DNA of 64,000 nt. It comes from Phaeosaccion multiseriatum (lineage: Eukaryota > Protista > Ochrophyta, other classes). Under the pieces are notes generated by a model. It ran no database searches. It was given only the letters and a program-made list of their open reading frames with translations, and had not been told where the DNA came from. Positions 47,316 through 58,409 of this stretch are shown piece by piece; within the stretch, counting starts at the first letter, position 1; each line of letters begins with the position of its first letter. The stretch covers positions 1,488,001 to 1,552,000 of the forward strand of contig OZ218954.1 of NCBI GenBank assembly GCA_965112735.1. The letters run 5' to 3'. The translations under genes were made by a program, and so were the position numbers.

Positions 47316-47404
47316 ATTTGAGTTTAGCACATTGCTTAGCTTCTGCTTGCCTTCAGCTTGGCTTCTAGTCTAGCTGTCAAATTTTAGCTTAGCATACCCT
47401 TAGT

Positions 47405-47797
47405 TTACGCGGCACTTTGAATTTCGCCCTTCACTTCGGTCGTTGAGACCCCCTCCGTCCTTGGAAGATATATCGATTGGCACCCCGCGAACGTAAACTT
47501 ACCCTTCCAGTCGTCACCCATGACGAGGATCGAGGCTTCATACTTTCGTATGTAGTCCTCCTTCAACTCGAGTGACTCTTCCAGGAACACCTCATCAACG
47601 CATCGAAGTTCCTTAATCAGGTCCATGCGCGCCTCCTCGTCGTACACAGGGAGAATTCCTTTCTTGCGAAAATTCAAAGCATCGGAGGACACGCCCACGA
47701 CAAGTCTGTCGCCACGTTCTTTCGCTCGGCGAAGGATTGCAAGGTGGCCTCGGTGAAATAGGTCAAAGGTGCCGAATGTTATGACCGTTTGAGTCAT
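47405..47797 (-). CDS. tagD: Bacterial-type glycerol-3-phosphate cytidylyltransferase-like enzyme (TagD family), 130 aa, intronless
   Basis: MTQTVITFGTFDLFHRGH..IL.RAK..GD.LVVGVSSD..N..KKG, R......+..VDEVF.EES.E.K..YI......LVMGDDW.GKF, YLPRTEGVSTT. This is the stand-alone TagD architecture with HxGH and RTxG(I/V)STT. Confidence 0.92.
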   Translation of the reverse strand: MTQTVITFGTFDLFHRGHLAILRRAKERGDRLVVGVSSDALNFRKKGILPVYDEEARMDLIKELRCVDEVFLEESLELKEDYIRKYEASILVMGDDWKGKFTFAGCQSIYLPRTEGVSTTEVKGEIQSAA

Positions 47798-48210
47798 TTC
47801 TATGGCCTGTCTTTTAAGGATGAGACAGAAGAGAAAAGGGGCCAGGAAGGGAGGAGGAGGGAAAAGAGATCGGAAAAGAGGGGAAAAAGACTTGACAAAA
47901 GCCAAAGCCGCACAAGTAGAGGCAGACAACTTGATATTGGAAAGGAGTGATGCCTTCCGCAGTGAAGAATGCCCACTATTTTGAGTTGTGCGCCAGGGTG
48001 GCAACAGAGGGGGGGGGGGTGAGAGGAGAGCATTGACAAAACGATGATGGTCAAACCCGCGTATCAGCCACCATGGCAGAGCTACTCACCGAACAATCGA
48101 TCGAGACAATCAAGTCGTAGGCTTGGGGCGGCGGTAACGGAGGAAAAAGGGGGGTGATGCATATAAATATTTAATTTTTTTTTTTTATTGACTTAATACT
48201 TAATAGGGGG

Positions 48211-48285
48211 CGTGCTATCTGCTATCAGCCGATCCGCTGTCCGCTATGCTATCGCGAATGTGGGCGATAGCGCGTCAGGGGTCGA
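48211..48285. mobile_element. MITE family A, copy 2 (left end lost)
   Basis: GCTATC repeats and right TIR GATAGCGCGTCAGGGGTCGA. Left TIR replaced by a poly(T)-ATTGACTTAATA tail resembling the 42-kb retro tails. Confidence 0.75.
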
Positions 48286-48735
48286 ATACAATGTATCGAG
48301 GTCAATATCGATGTACGAGTACGGTCACGGCCGTCACTTCCTTGGGCGCATCTCTCAGTAGGTATAAACAATTGAAGAGGAAGAGGATAATAGGGTATGC
48401 CAGCATATAGTCGCGTGCGAAAAAAATACCTCAATTCTTTCTCTCTCCCACTACTCCCCTACCTGCTTCCTTGTAACTTCCGCTTTGTATTGACAGTTAT
48501 TTATTTACACGCACGCTCGCGCACACATGTACCGAGACACACATACCGAGACACACACACACGCACAGACACTCACACGCATCCTCTCTCACACTACCCT
48601 CCTACCCTGGTTGCACCACTGCTGGTTGCACTACCCTCCTTCCTCACACACACATACATACAGAGCCTGACACACACACACACATACGCACAGACACCCA
48701 CACACACACACCTCCCTCTCACACTCACTACCCTG

Positions 48736-49075
48736 CTACCCTGGTCGCACAACTGGTTGCACTACCCTCCTCCCTCTGACCCTCTGAAGCGTCCGCTCCT
48801 GAAGCCCCCGAAGCCGCTGCTCCTCTGTCTTCCTCTTGTCTAACGCCTTCCCACCAATAACAACTCGGAGCCGCTCCTCTGTGAGACCCCCGTAGATGCC
48901 AATACAATCGATGTTGGTGGCTCTGGAGATGGCCACGTAGGTGAGGCCAGTCGTCTTCTCCTGTGTGCCCGGAACGAGCACCACCTTTCCCCTCATGGTC
49001 TGACCCTGCGCCTTCCACACCGTCCACGCCCAACTGAGCCTCAGGGGAAACTCCTTCCGAGCCCTGCTGGCCGAT
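48736..49075 (-). mobile_element. Pif1-like helicase C-terminal fragment (Helitron remnant)
   Basis: FPLRLSWAWTVWKAQGQTM...GLTYVAISRA matches Pif1 motifs V-VI; only the 3' end of the helicase is present. Confidence 0.8.
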
Positions 49076-49199
49076 TGGCCACTAGCACTACCTTTCCACT
49101 CGGTGACGACTGGAGAGATAGATAGGGCCAGATACACTCATGGGCCTTTTCAGCTTCGCGTGAGCCGCACTGAGCCTGGGTGAGGCTTTGCTGTATTCT

Positions 49200-49800
49200 C
49201 TCGCCGCAGTAGCAGCCCTGTGGCTTTGCGCCAGCGGAATTTCACAATCCTCGCCAGCGTTGGCACTTTCCCTTCACTCACCTCGTCCAGCTCTAAGCTA
49301 CGCTGCTCCTGCATTGCGCTGGCTGGTAGCCCACTGCGGAGAGCACCAACGGATATGATACCTGCCTGCCTGGCGAACCCTTCCGGAAGGCCGGAAGGCC
49401 GCTCGCTCACCCCATCGATGAACGGCTATGTCAAGTCTCTGTGGTACGCCCGTTGCAGCTGCTCCACACCATTGCCTCGCACCCGTTTCATAGACAGATA
49501 CACTGCGCTGCGCTGCAGGACCTGATAGTGCTCTTCAATCACTCGCCCGTGCTGAGTACAGTAGGCCCCCAGTGATGGCCAAGGCAAGACTGTATAAGGA
49601 CCATCCCACGAATGCTGCAGAGCCTTGAGTTGCGCTGACGGGGGCCCTTCAAGTTCTTCCCCTTCTTCCTGTGCGGCGGCGCCAGGGCGATACAACATCA
49701 CCTTGGTCCCTGGCCGCAGGGGCGTCGGCCAACGGCGTGAGGCATTTGTCAACTGCAACCTCCCGTGGTAGTCACAGCGTCTCCCATTGACCACCGCCGC
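49200..49800 (-). mobile_element. Ty3/gypsy integrase C-terminal (GPY/F) fragment
   Basis: LRPGTKVMLYRP....KALQHSWDGPYTVL, followed by decayed sequence. Confidence 0.6.
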
Positions 49801-49859
49801 AGCCGCAGCCAGACGTGCCGGCAGCTCATTGACCCATGTCGAGCCAGCCAGTCTTGAAT

Positions 49860-52800
49860 TCATCCGCCGTTCCTGGAAGTAAGCTGCAGCACAATCCCCA
49901 AAACCGCGTGATCCGAGAGCAGAAGTTGCGGCCGTTTCTGCTTTCGGCCGTGTGGTGCAGTCTCGGCGGTGAAGCTGAAACAAGGCCGCAGCGTCACCTC
50001 TGCCTGCGAGACTGCCAAGTTGCTAAATATACGGTCTCCTCTATGCCTGCCGTCGTAAGGCGGGCTGCACGTGGCCGGCACAGTGCTGCCTTTGCCGCTG
50101 ACGCTGACAACTCCACTGCCCGCTGCACCAGCAATAGCGGCGCCTTGATCCCCACCCATCACCACAGAGCCACCACCTGCCACCGCTTTGGCTACGACAT
50201 CCCTCACGCGCGAGAATCGATTCTCATCCACCTTATGGACAGAGCCAATTAGGATGGAGTGGAGAGGCGCGTCAGGAAGAGGCCACGAGATGGAGACAAA
50301 CAACCCCATCCGAGCGGCCAACCTCTTTTCAAAACCCTGTGCGTTGGTGAAGCCTGGCTTCGCCGAGTAGTACCCTCCCTCCAGATCGTTGCGCACAATC
50401 CTGGGGTCAAACAGGCGTGCCTTGGACAAGATTGCATTCCCATGCAGCCCCAGGGTGTTGTCCTGACCTCTGGTACGCTGCTGCTCCTCCTCGTTGCCGT
50501 TCGTGAGCTCGACAAACTCCAGCCCCCACGCGTAGTTCATGCCCAATTCGAACGCCAGCATGCGAGTAGTGTGCAGGTTCTCACTCCGCGCCATGCCAAT
50601 GTCCATCTCATTCAGGATTATAATGTCTGGGTTTTGTAGAGCGACTGTCTCCCTCACCGTCTCGGCAAAGGGCAGCCAGTGAGTCCCACGCGCCGCATTG
50701 AACGCCAACACCTTCACAGTAGTGGCAGCAGCATCGTCAGCGCCCCCCATAGCCGCCGGCCGTGATGGTGGCCGAAAGAAGGGAGAGATGGAGTTGTCAA
50801 TCTCTACTTGCGTCAAGTTACCAAAGGTCGTGGTATACAGCGTTTGTAGCTCCTTGTCTCCCGCGCCCTCCGCCCACGCCTTCCTGTCCTCGATCGATGA
50901 GCCCCATAGGCTCGTTGCCTTCTCCATCTCCCATGCTGCGAGAGGAAGATTGGTAGTGAGCCCCGTCTCTGCGTGCGTATAGGTCAAAGAGCGCTCGGCT
51001 TGGTTCTCTCGTACAATGCCAAGCTCGCGGGCCATCGAGTCGGCGTCGCCGTGCCGAAGCACCTGACCAGTGACAGCGTCGACTTCGGTTACGTGTATGA
51101 CTCGGTCGTTCACGGCGAGAATCTCGAGTCCCCTGCCCTCGTGCGCGGCGGCAGACGGTACCCGATGCACGAAAGGAAAGTGCTCTGACAAGCGGCAACA
51201 ATCCAGCGCAGGCTGTGCCTTGGAGTCTGCGCGTCTGCAGGCGGCCTTGTGCTCCTGGCCCGTACCAAGGTACGTACAGTCCCTGGGCAGGCCCCCATGT
51301 CTGTGACTACCCCCGGGAGCCCTGCACGCGTCAAAATTGTATCTCCTCTGCGCTATCTTTAGCGAGGGACCCATCAACATCGTGCCTGGAGGGGGGGGGG
51401 GGGGCAGGGGGCGGGAACAGCGTAGAGGCAAAGCGGGAATGAGGAGCGAGCAAAGCAACCGAAGAAAGGCGGGTGATGGAGGGGGGCTTCGCATCAATGC
51501 TTACGTAGAGAATTTCCGCTGACTGAAAAAAACAAAACAAAATAAAGCATCCCCCCCTCTTACTCTCAAGCGTGCCAAAGCTTAGCTCCTCACGCTATGT
51601 AGTACCTGCGAATGGATACTCTCGCATCGGGAAGATGGCTTCAGACGGCCAAAAGATATTCAGCTCCTGCTCCAAGTGGGTCACCCACGCCTGTTTGGAA
51701 GGGTGGAGAGTCTCGTGAGGGAGGCCCGGAGCGTGACTGGCAGAGTACGCGGCGCCATGGCTGCAGGCAGCAAAAGAGGACTACTCCTTCTCAGACGCAG
51801 GCGAAGGCAACGGAGCCAGTGCCGCAAACTCTACTCTACTCTCGTATCTCACCCGAGAAGTCCAGCATTGTTCCGCCCCGCCACAAGTATGAATCAACAC
51901 TCACCTCACGGATACCAGCCACGCCGTTCTTGGTGTCATTTTTCCACATGAACGCGTCTACGAAGGGCCAGCCCATCTTCTTCTGGGTCCCTGGGTAGCC
52001 CTCCGGCCATATCTTGACCGCGTTCAGCATCGGCTCGCAGTGAAACTTCATATCTCCCACGGTAAAGCCCCGGCACGCGGAGACGAACCGATCGAGGTAG
52101 TCAAAGGGCACGATCACGTCAATGTCATCGTCCCACGGAATGGGTCCTCCGTGCAGCACAGCTCCGAGGTGAGAGCCTGCCCACAACATGCAGGTAGTGC
52201 CGACTTGCTTGGCAACAAGGTCGCACACTTTGAGGAGACAAACCTCTGAAGCCGCGGCCTCTGTGGTAAGAGCAGTCACCTGGAGAGACCTGTCGTGGAA
52301 CGAAAAGTAGTTCACCCGCTGGTCGCGGAAATAGCTCACCACCTCAGGGCATAGCTCCCCCACCCAAGCGTCTGGGAACACCCCCACATCGGAAGCTGCA
52401 TACTTGGACGGTACGTCTCTCTGCTCATTCGCAGCCTCTCCTCCCCTCTGACCCTTGCGTTCCCCCTTTCCTTGCGCAGGAGCGAAGTAACTGAGGGTAG
52501 CATCGGTGAAGGCCTGTCTCTCACCAAGGCGTTGGAAGAGAGCATCGTCTTGGGAGCCTGTCCCTGCCTTCTTCTCTCCAGCCAGCTCGCGCAGCTGATC
52601 AAGCGAGTCGAGGGAAGGAGGACAGAGATGGTTCCCTCGTACTAATCCAAAGTCAGAAAGGTGATATTCTGCGGTCTCGGGAAGTGCCTCCTGCTCCTGC
52701 CTTGCAGATGTTAGAACGTCTTTGACTACGTCTTGATCATGGTCCAGCCTCGGTATCCGGTACATGCTGTTGAGGAAGGCAAATATGGACCCAAGGACAC

Positions 52801-52918
52801 ACAGCGTAATGATGAGAATGTACCGCTTTGCCGCCAGGTCGGCCGTCCGCGGCGCGTTTGCCGCCCATCTTCCTGAATTCAACCCCCCATTCCTCATTCT
52901 TTCTCTTTTTTTTCTCAT
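49860..52918 (-). CDS. Type II membrane LicD-EEP (endonuclease/exonuclease/phosphatase) fusion protein, 3 exons, ~874 aa
   Basis: Exons 52918-51905, 51690-51606 and 51385-49860 (GT-AG, phases 0 and 1) join the two track ORFs. TM YILIITLCVLGSIFAFL. LicD motifs WAGSHLGAVLHGGPIPWDDDIDV, GWPFVDAF, IFPMREYPFAGTMLMGP..RY...C. EEP motifs VLAFNAARG, PDIIILNEMD.GMARS, HGNAILSK, MGGDQ, DRIF, SDH. Confidence 0.85.
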
Positions 52919-53026
52919 CGAGGGACCAGGGACCAGGGGTGCGTGGTGAGCTAGTGATCCGTCGTGGCTCACAGTTGCCGCCTGCGATCCTCTCTTCTCT
53001 CCTTCACCCTGCATTCCAAGGCAGCC

Positions 53027-53367
53027 ATGGCGGGCCATGAGGACCCGAAGCAGCGAATCCGAGAGCTCCGCCAACTGGAGCACCGCGTACACACGTCGGT
53101 GGAGGCTTCGAATGGGATTGTGACCCTCCTCCAGCACCTGGCCCTCTCCCACCCCACATCGGTGACGCTCGCTGCCATGCACGCTCTGCGCCGCGTGTTT
53201 ACGCTGCTCATCGACGAAGGAGAGATGAAAGAGGGGAGGGGGAAAGGGCTTCGGAGGAAGAAGCAGCAGCAAGAGCAGGACGAAGAGGAGGGTGAGAAGG
53301 AGGGCGGGGGTCCATCGAAACGAGCAAGGGCCTCTTCCGACAAGGGACGCCAGGGGACAGGAGAGAA

Positions 53368-53406
<39 letters not shown>

Positions 53407-56400
53407 GGCAGGGGAGAAGAAGCCAGAGGAAGCTATGCTGGAGTACCGACAGTGGCTATGGGCCCGCTTCGACGAGTTCGTCACCAGGCTGACGTGCTGG
53501 CTGTCGGATTGCGACGACCTCAATATACAAGGCCCGGCCCTCCGCACCCTCATGGAGTTTGTGAGGAGGGATCGCGCTGACGGTCACCTAAGCAGGGGTC
53601 TCATCTTCACGGCCGTCTTGGACCGCTTGCTGTTGGTGGAGGGCGGTTTGCCGACCAAGCTGCTGGAGGTGTTTGCATCGGAGTTCATCAACAGCTATGA
53701 CGACGTTCGCTACCATCTCCTTGTGAGGATGAAGGCCATGATTGACCGGGTACTGCTCCTGGATAAACAGGTTGGTTGTGACACAGTCTCTGTGGTCTCT
53801 ACTCACTCCGCTCTTTCCCATTCCCTCTCCTCCTGTTCGGGCACTTGCGTTTGTCGTCCATTCCTCCAATGCACACCGGTGTTATCATTTTGCGTCTTCG
53901 TTCATGAACCACGCTGATGATGATGATCCTGTGCGTCTGACTATTGGCAATGGGCAACCCCCGCCCTCTACGAGCTCCTTTACACACACGTCCTGTAGCA
54001 TGGAACTCACCCCTGTGATCCCCTGCTCTCTCTCATGAATTAGGACGACGGCGGTCGCGAGAAGGGAGGAGGCAGGCTTTCTGTGGCTGCTCCCTCCCAC
54101 TCACCCCTTCTCAAAATGTCCTCCTCTGCCGGCGGTGGCGGCAACTTGTCCGTGTTCGGAGCAAAGAGCAAGGAGAAGAGGTCAAGACGGAGGATCACCG
54201 CCCCGCTCAGCGCTCGGGACTTTGCAGAGAACTGTATCAATGTGTTGATGGAAGTGAGGATGGTGGAGGAGCAGGCCGACCTAACGGCCTTCCTGGTGGA
54301 GGTTTCCGACGACGGGGCCGATGCGGAGGAGGAGGGAGGAGAGGGGGGGGATACGGACGAAGAAGGCCAGGAAGAGGACGAAGCAACGGGCGGGGGGAAG
54401 GGAGACGTAATGTCCTCCGCACCAACGCCAGGGGCAAATAAACGAAAGCGAGGGCTGGGTGGGGGCGGAGCGGCTTCTGCAGCGGATAAGGCCCCGAAGC
54501 TGAAGCGGGTGCAGAGGATCGGCCCGCATCGGCGAGCCTTCGGGTCGGCGTGGCTGGCATGCTTGCAGCTGCCTGTACAGCAGGAGCGCTACAGAGCTGT
54601 TCTCACCTTCTTGCCCGAGCATGTCATGCCCTACATGGGAAGTGCGCTGAAGCTTGCGGACTTCCTGACCGAGTACGTGCGGCGGGGAGCCTTGATCCCC
54701 CCATTGCTTTGGGGCGAGGAGGGATGAGGGTGGGAGTGGCGAGCTTTTGTGTCAAGGTGGCTCACTCGAAAGGTCCTGTGGGCTTTCTCTCCGTTTCTCT
54801 GGTGCTGCGTAGGTTGCTGAGGAGCTCTTGCCTCCCACTCACTTGGCCCAGCCTCTCGTTTCCTTCTCTCCTCCTCCTCCTCCTCCTCCTCCTCCTCCTC
54901 CTCCCTCCTTGCGCAGGAGCTATAAGCTGGGTGGTATATACAGCGTTCTCAGTATAGACGCGCTCTTCATCCTGATGCAGGAGCACAACCTGGACCATCC
55001 GCAGTTCTACGACTCGCTGTACGCCCTTCTCACCACGGACACCTTCTACGCCCGCTACCGCGCTCGCTTCTTTCGTATGTGTGAGCTGTACCTGAGCTCG
55101 TCCCACCTCCCTGCCTACCTCGTCGCGGCGTTTTGTAAGCGTCTCGCGAGAGTTGCCTTGTCCGCACCCCCCTCGGGGTCGCTCTTTGCATTGGCGCTCG
55201 TCAAGAACATGTTGCAGAGGCATCGAGAGGTGAGAGAGAGAGAGAGAGAGAGAGAGAGGCGGTGCAGTGAAGGAGGAGAGGAGGGCGGAGGGCCGTAGAG
55301 AACGAGGCAGAAGGAATGTGTGATCCCACACGAGAGAGCGTCCCGTGTTTGTGTCTAGTTGGGGGATTCAAGAGAGGCGAGATTAAGACAGGGCACCTTT
55401 TTGTAGATGAGGGGTGGTGAGAAAGAAAAAGGGTCACTCACTGATGTTGTGTTCTTTCTGGCTGTGCAGGTGGCAGTGCTCATCCATCGAGATAGCGCAG
55501 AGGTCAAGAGCCTCTTATCGGCCTTGAAAGAGCGGCACGAGCAGCGGAAGCAGCAGGAGCATCCGCCAAAGATCTCGGTCAGCGGCAAGGAGAAGGAAGT
55601 GGAGGAGCAGAAAGAGGAGCACCAGCCGCAAAAGAAGACGGTGAAAAAAAGCAAAAGCAAAAAGGCAGGGACGGTGGAAGTGCGAGCAGTAGGCATGGAA
55701 TCTACTGGGGGTGGGGTGGAGCGGGAGGGGCAGGAGAGGCAATCGCGCCTGCTCTCTCGGTACGATGGCTTTGACGCCCACACCAACGTGACGGCCGAGA
55801 CGAATGCTCTCAACTCCTCCTTGTGGGAAGTAGCGGCCCTTCAGGTGAGCTCACGGACAACTCTCCCTTCCATCGCCGCAGCCACACTACTCTTCCCCTT
55901 CCTCTTCTTCTTCGTCCTACCCTGCTGACGCTGCTGCTGGCGATGCTACCTTTTCCTGTCTCCTACCCTCATCCACACACAAACAGAGCCATTACCACCC
56001 TGCGGTGTCGTCTCTGGCGAAGACGTTCCGCCAGAAGATGGGCCCCAAGGCCGTCTCCCTCAAAGTCGGCCAGGAGTACGCGGGGCACACCTACAAGACG
56101 CTGTTCGACGAGGAGATGAAGAAGAAGAAGGCCAAGAGCGCTCTGACCTTCGTGTGAGTTCACTCGCTTCTTTCCCCGGCCGCTGCTCCTGCTCCTGCTG
56201 CTGGCTGCTCCTGCTCCTGCTGCTGCTGCTGGTGCTGCTGCTTGTACCCTCGTTCATACGTCCCTGCACTGGAAAAGTTGTTCGACTTTCTGCAATCTGT
56301 ATTGATGGACATTCAAGTTCTTTCTGCCGCTCGATCCTTCTCTCTTCCTCTCCGGCAGTACTCGCCCGTCCTCTTGGCTCACGTCCGCCCCCTCGACACC

Positions 56401-56536
56401 CCCCCCCGTTGTTGCCCCCTTTTATCTGGCTGCTGCTTTCTCTCTCTGTGCCCCTCACTTTGCCCTATTTCACAGGGCTCCAGACGGCATCATGGGTAAA
56501 ACGGATCTAATCAGTCAGTGTTTCACTCTCACTTGA
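53027..56536 (+). CDS. NOC4: Nucleolar complex protein 4 (CBF/Mak21 domain), multi-exon
   Basis: YDDVRY, AF..AWL..L, L.DFLT.SY..GG..SVLS...LF.L..EHNLD.P.FY..LY.LL, YRARFFR...YLSSSHLPAYLVAAFCKRLAR.AL.APP, ALNSSLWE..ALQ.HYHP.V. Last exon ends at 56536. Confidence 0.93.
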
Positions 56537-58192
56537 TGGAAGGGATTTCCAGTATGTGGTAGTGTAATTAATGCATGGAAACTTAAACGAGTATGGGCAG
56601 TCTGGTGGTGTCAGGTGGGTCCATAAGCGTAAGGTGGGGGATGAAGGAGTGGCCGAAAACTAAAGACTTGGACTTGTGATCGCAATTAGGGCAGCAGTAC
56701 CAAAGGGAATTGGATGCAAGTGTTGAGAGAACAATGTAAATAGGCCCCACCCCGGAGCCCCTCTGGCACTTCGAGGACGGCAAGCTCAAGCTCACACGCA
56801 GAGATGTGCCCAGTGCTTTAATTGATTCTTGTTTCCACTTGTTGGCTGATAGCGGCGGCTTCGTTCAGGACCATCGCATGTACCACCTTCCCGGTCTGGT
56901 CTAGCCACTACATCTGCTCCGGGTCGGTTGGACTGTCAGCCAACACAAGCTTGGGGAAAGCCCTCTCCTTCTCCTCCTGTAGTGACGGCGGCAGCCACGA
57001 CCTTGCCGAGTTGGAGGGGTCGTCGGGCCCGCTGCCTCGATAGGTGCCCACGTTACCATCCGGCTGCAGCATCGTAAAGTACTCGTCCGGCCTTGGCTAT
57101 CTGAAGGTTAGCTACACCAGAACGGAACCGGCACCCCACCACTCGCTCGCTGGTTTATCACTGGTAGTGCTGCCCCCGCAGTCGGCTCAACGGACTGGAC
57201 TCCTTCTTGTCGCCGCGATAAGCGCTTAACGCCCCCTGCTTCTTCTTGTGATACTAACTAAGATACAGCGCCAGAATCTCAATACCCCCGCCCCCCGACC
57301 GCCTCCAGCCATCTCTCCCGCCTGGCTGGAAGTCAATCCAAATGTGCCCGGCACGAGCCAGTCTCCCGGCTCGAGCTCGTCCGCCCTCCTCACATCGCAT
57401 TCGCCCTGCTGCCACCACACGAGCGAGCCTGGCCCTCTCGCCCAGCGTAGGCATCTTCTCAGAGTCGCTCGCTCGGCACTAGACCCAGAATTGTGAAGCA
57501 ACCCCCTGACCAAGGAGTGACGTAGTACCCCGATGCCCACGTGACGCGTGATGCGCTCTTGCGGTTGCTGCCCTCGACTCTCTCGCCTATGGCTGACAAG
57601 TCATCCCCAAAAGCAAACAAAAGAAGGCTGCTGCTGCAGCAACCTTTACTGGCTGAGTCTACCGCAATGGCATTCCCTGCCTCTTTCCGGACCACATCCT
57701 CTCTGCCTCTGACCCTCGCCCCTCCTTCGCTGCCCCGACCTCTCTGCATCATCCAAGCCCGGCTTAGGTATTTGCCAGGACCACGTCTTTAAGCACCCCT
57801 GGTCCCGTCTTGAGAATGGTGGTCTCCAGATGGTGCTCGTGGTTCGCTCGCAGCCATGTTGGCCCGGCCCGGCCGGCCGGTCGGGAGTGAATCTCCCGAT
57901 ACACGCCCGTGACGTTCGCACAGAGAGCGACCTTCACTCGCTCGGCTCCTAGCCTAGCCTAGGACTATGGCCACATATGACTATGACTGGCACTGGCGTG
58001 GCCTCTCAGGGGCTTGGCATGAGAGTACACTCAGCAGGCCTTTGACTTGCCGCCTCCTCGCCCTCTGCAGAAAGTCGGTCTCCAGTTGCTAGACTAAGAG
58101 GTTCTAGCTCGCTAGCGCTGGCCTGCCTGCTGCTGCTGATTCTGCACCTCGCTCGCTCGCTGCGGACCCCGCTGCCTCTGCCTAGCAGCCAG

Positions 58193-58409
58193 TCGACCCC
58201 TGACGTGCTATCCGCTATCTGCTATCGCCGGCGCCAGCCGGCGCCCGATAGTATGCTGCTATGCTCCAGCCGGCGTGCTATCTGCTGTCGCCAGCGTCAG
58301 CCGGCTTTGGGGGGGTGTGCGGCGCCAGCCGGCGTGCTATGTGCTATCGGAACCTCAGGCTTCGATAGCATGCTATCGAAAATGTGGTCGATAGCACATC
58401 AGGTGTCGA
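58193..58409. mobile_element. MITE family A, copy 3 (6-bp TSD AGCCAG)
   Basis: TCGACCCCTGACGTGCTATC ... GATAGCACATCAGGTGTCGA. AGCCAG at 58187-58192 and 58410-58415. Confidence 0.85.

Noticed and set aside
47798-48004. N-terminal extension of the 199-aa TagD track ORF as a signal peptide
   Set aside because: It starts at a non-ATG codon and looks like pyrimidine-rich UTR. The ATG at 47797 gives the canonical TagD start.
51836-53272. 478-aa track ORF as a complete stand-alone LicD
   Set aside because: Its first ~118 codons are antisense to NOC4 or intergenic, and its end runs into an intron. The spliced LicD-EEP model explains it better.
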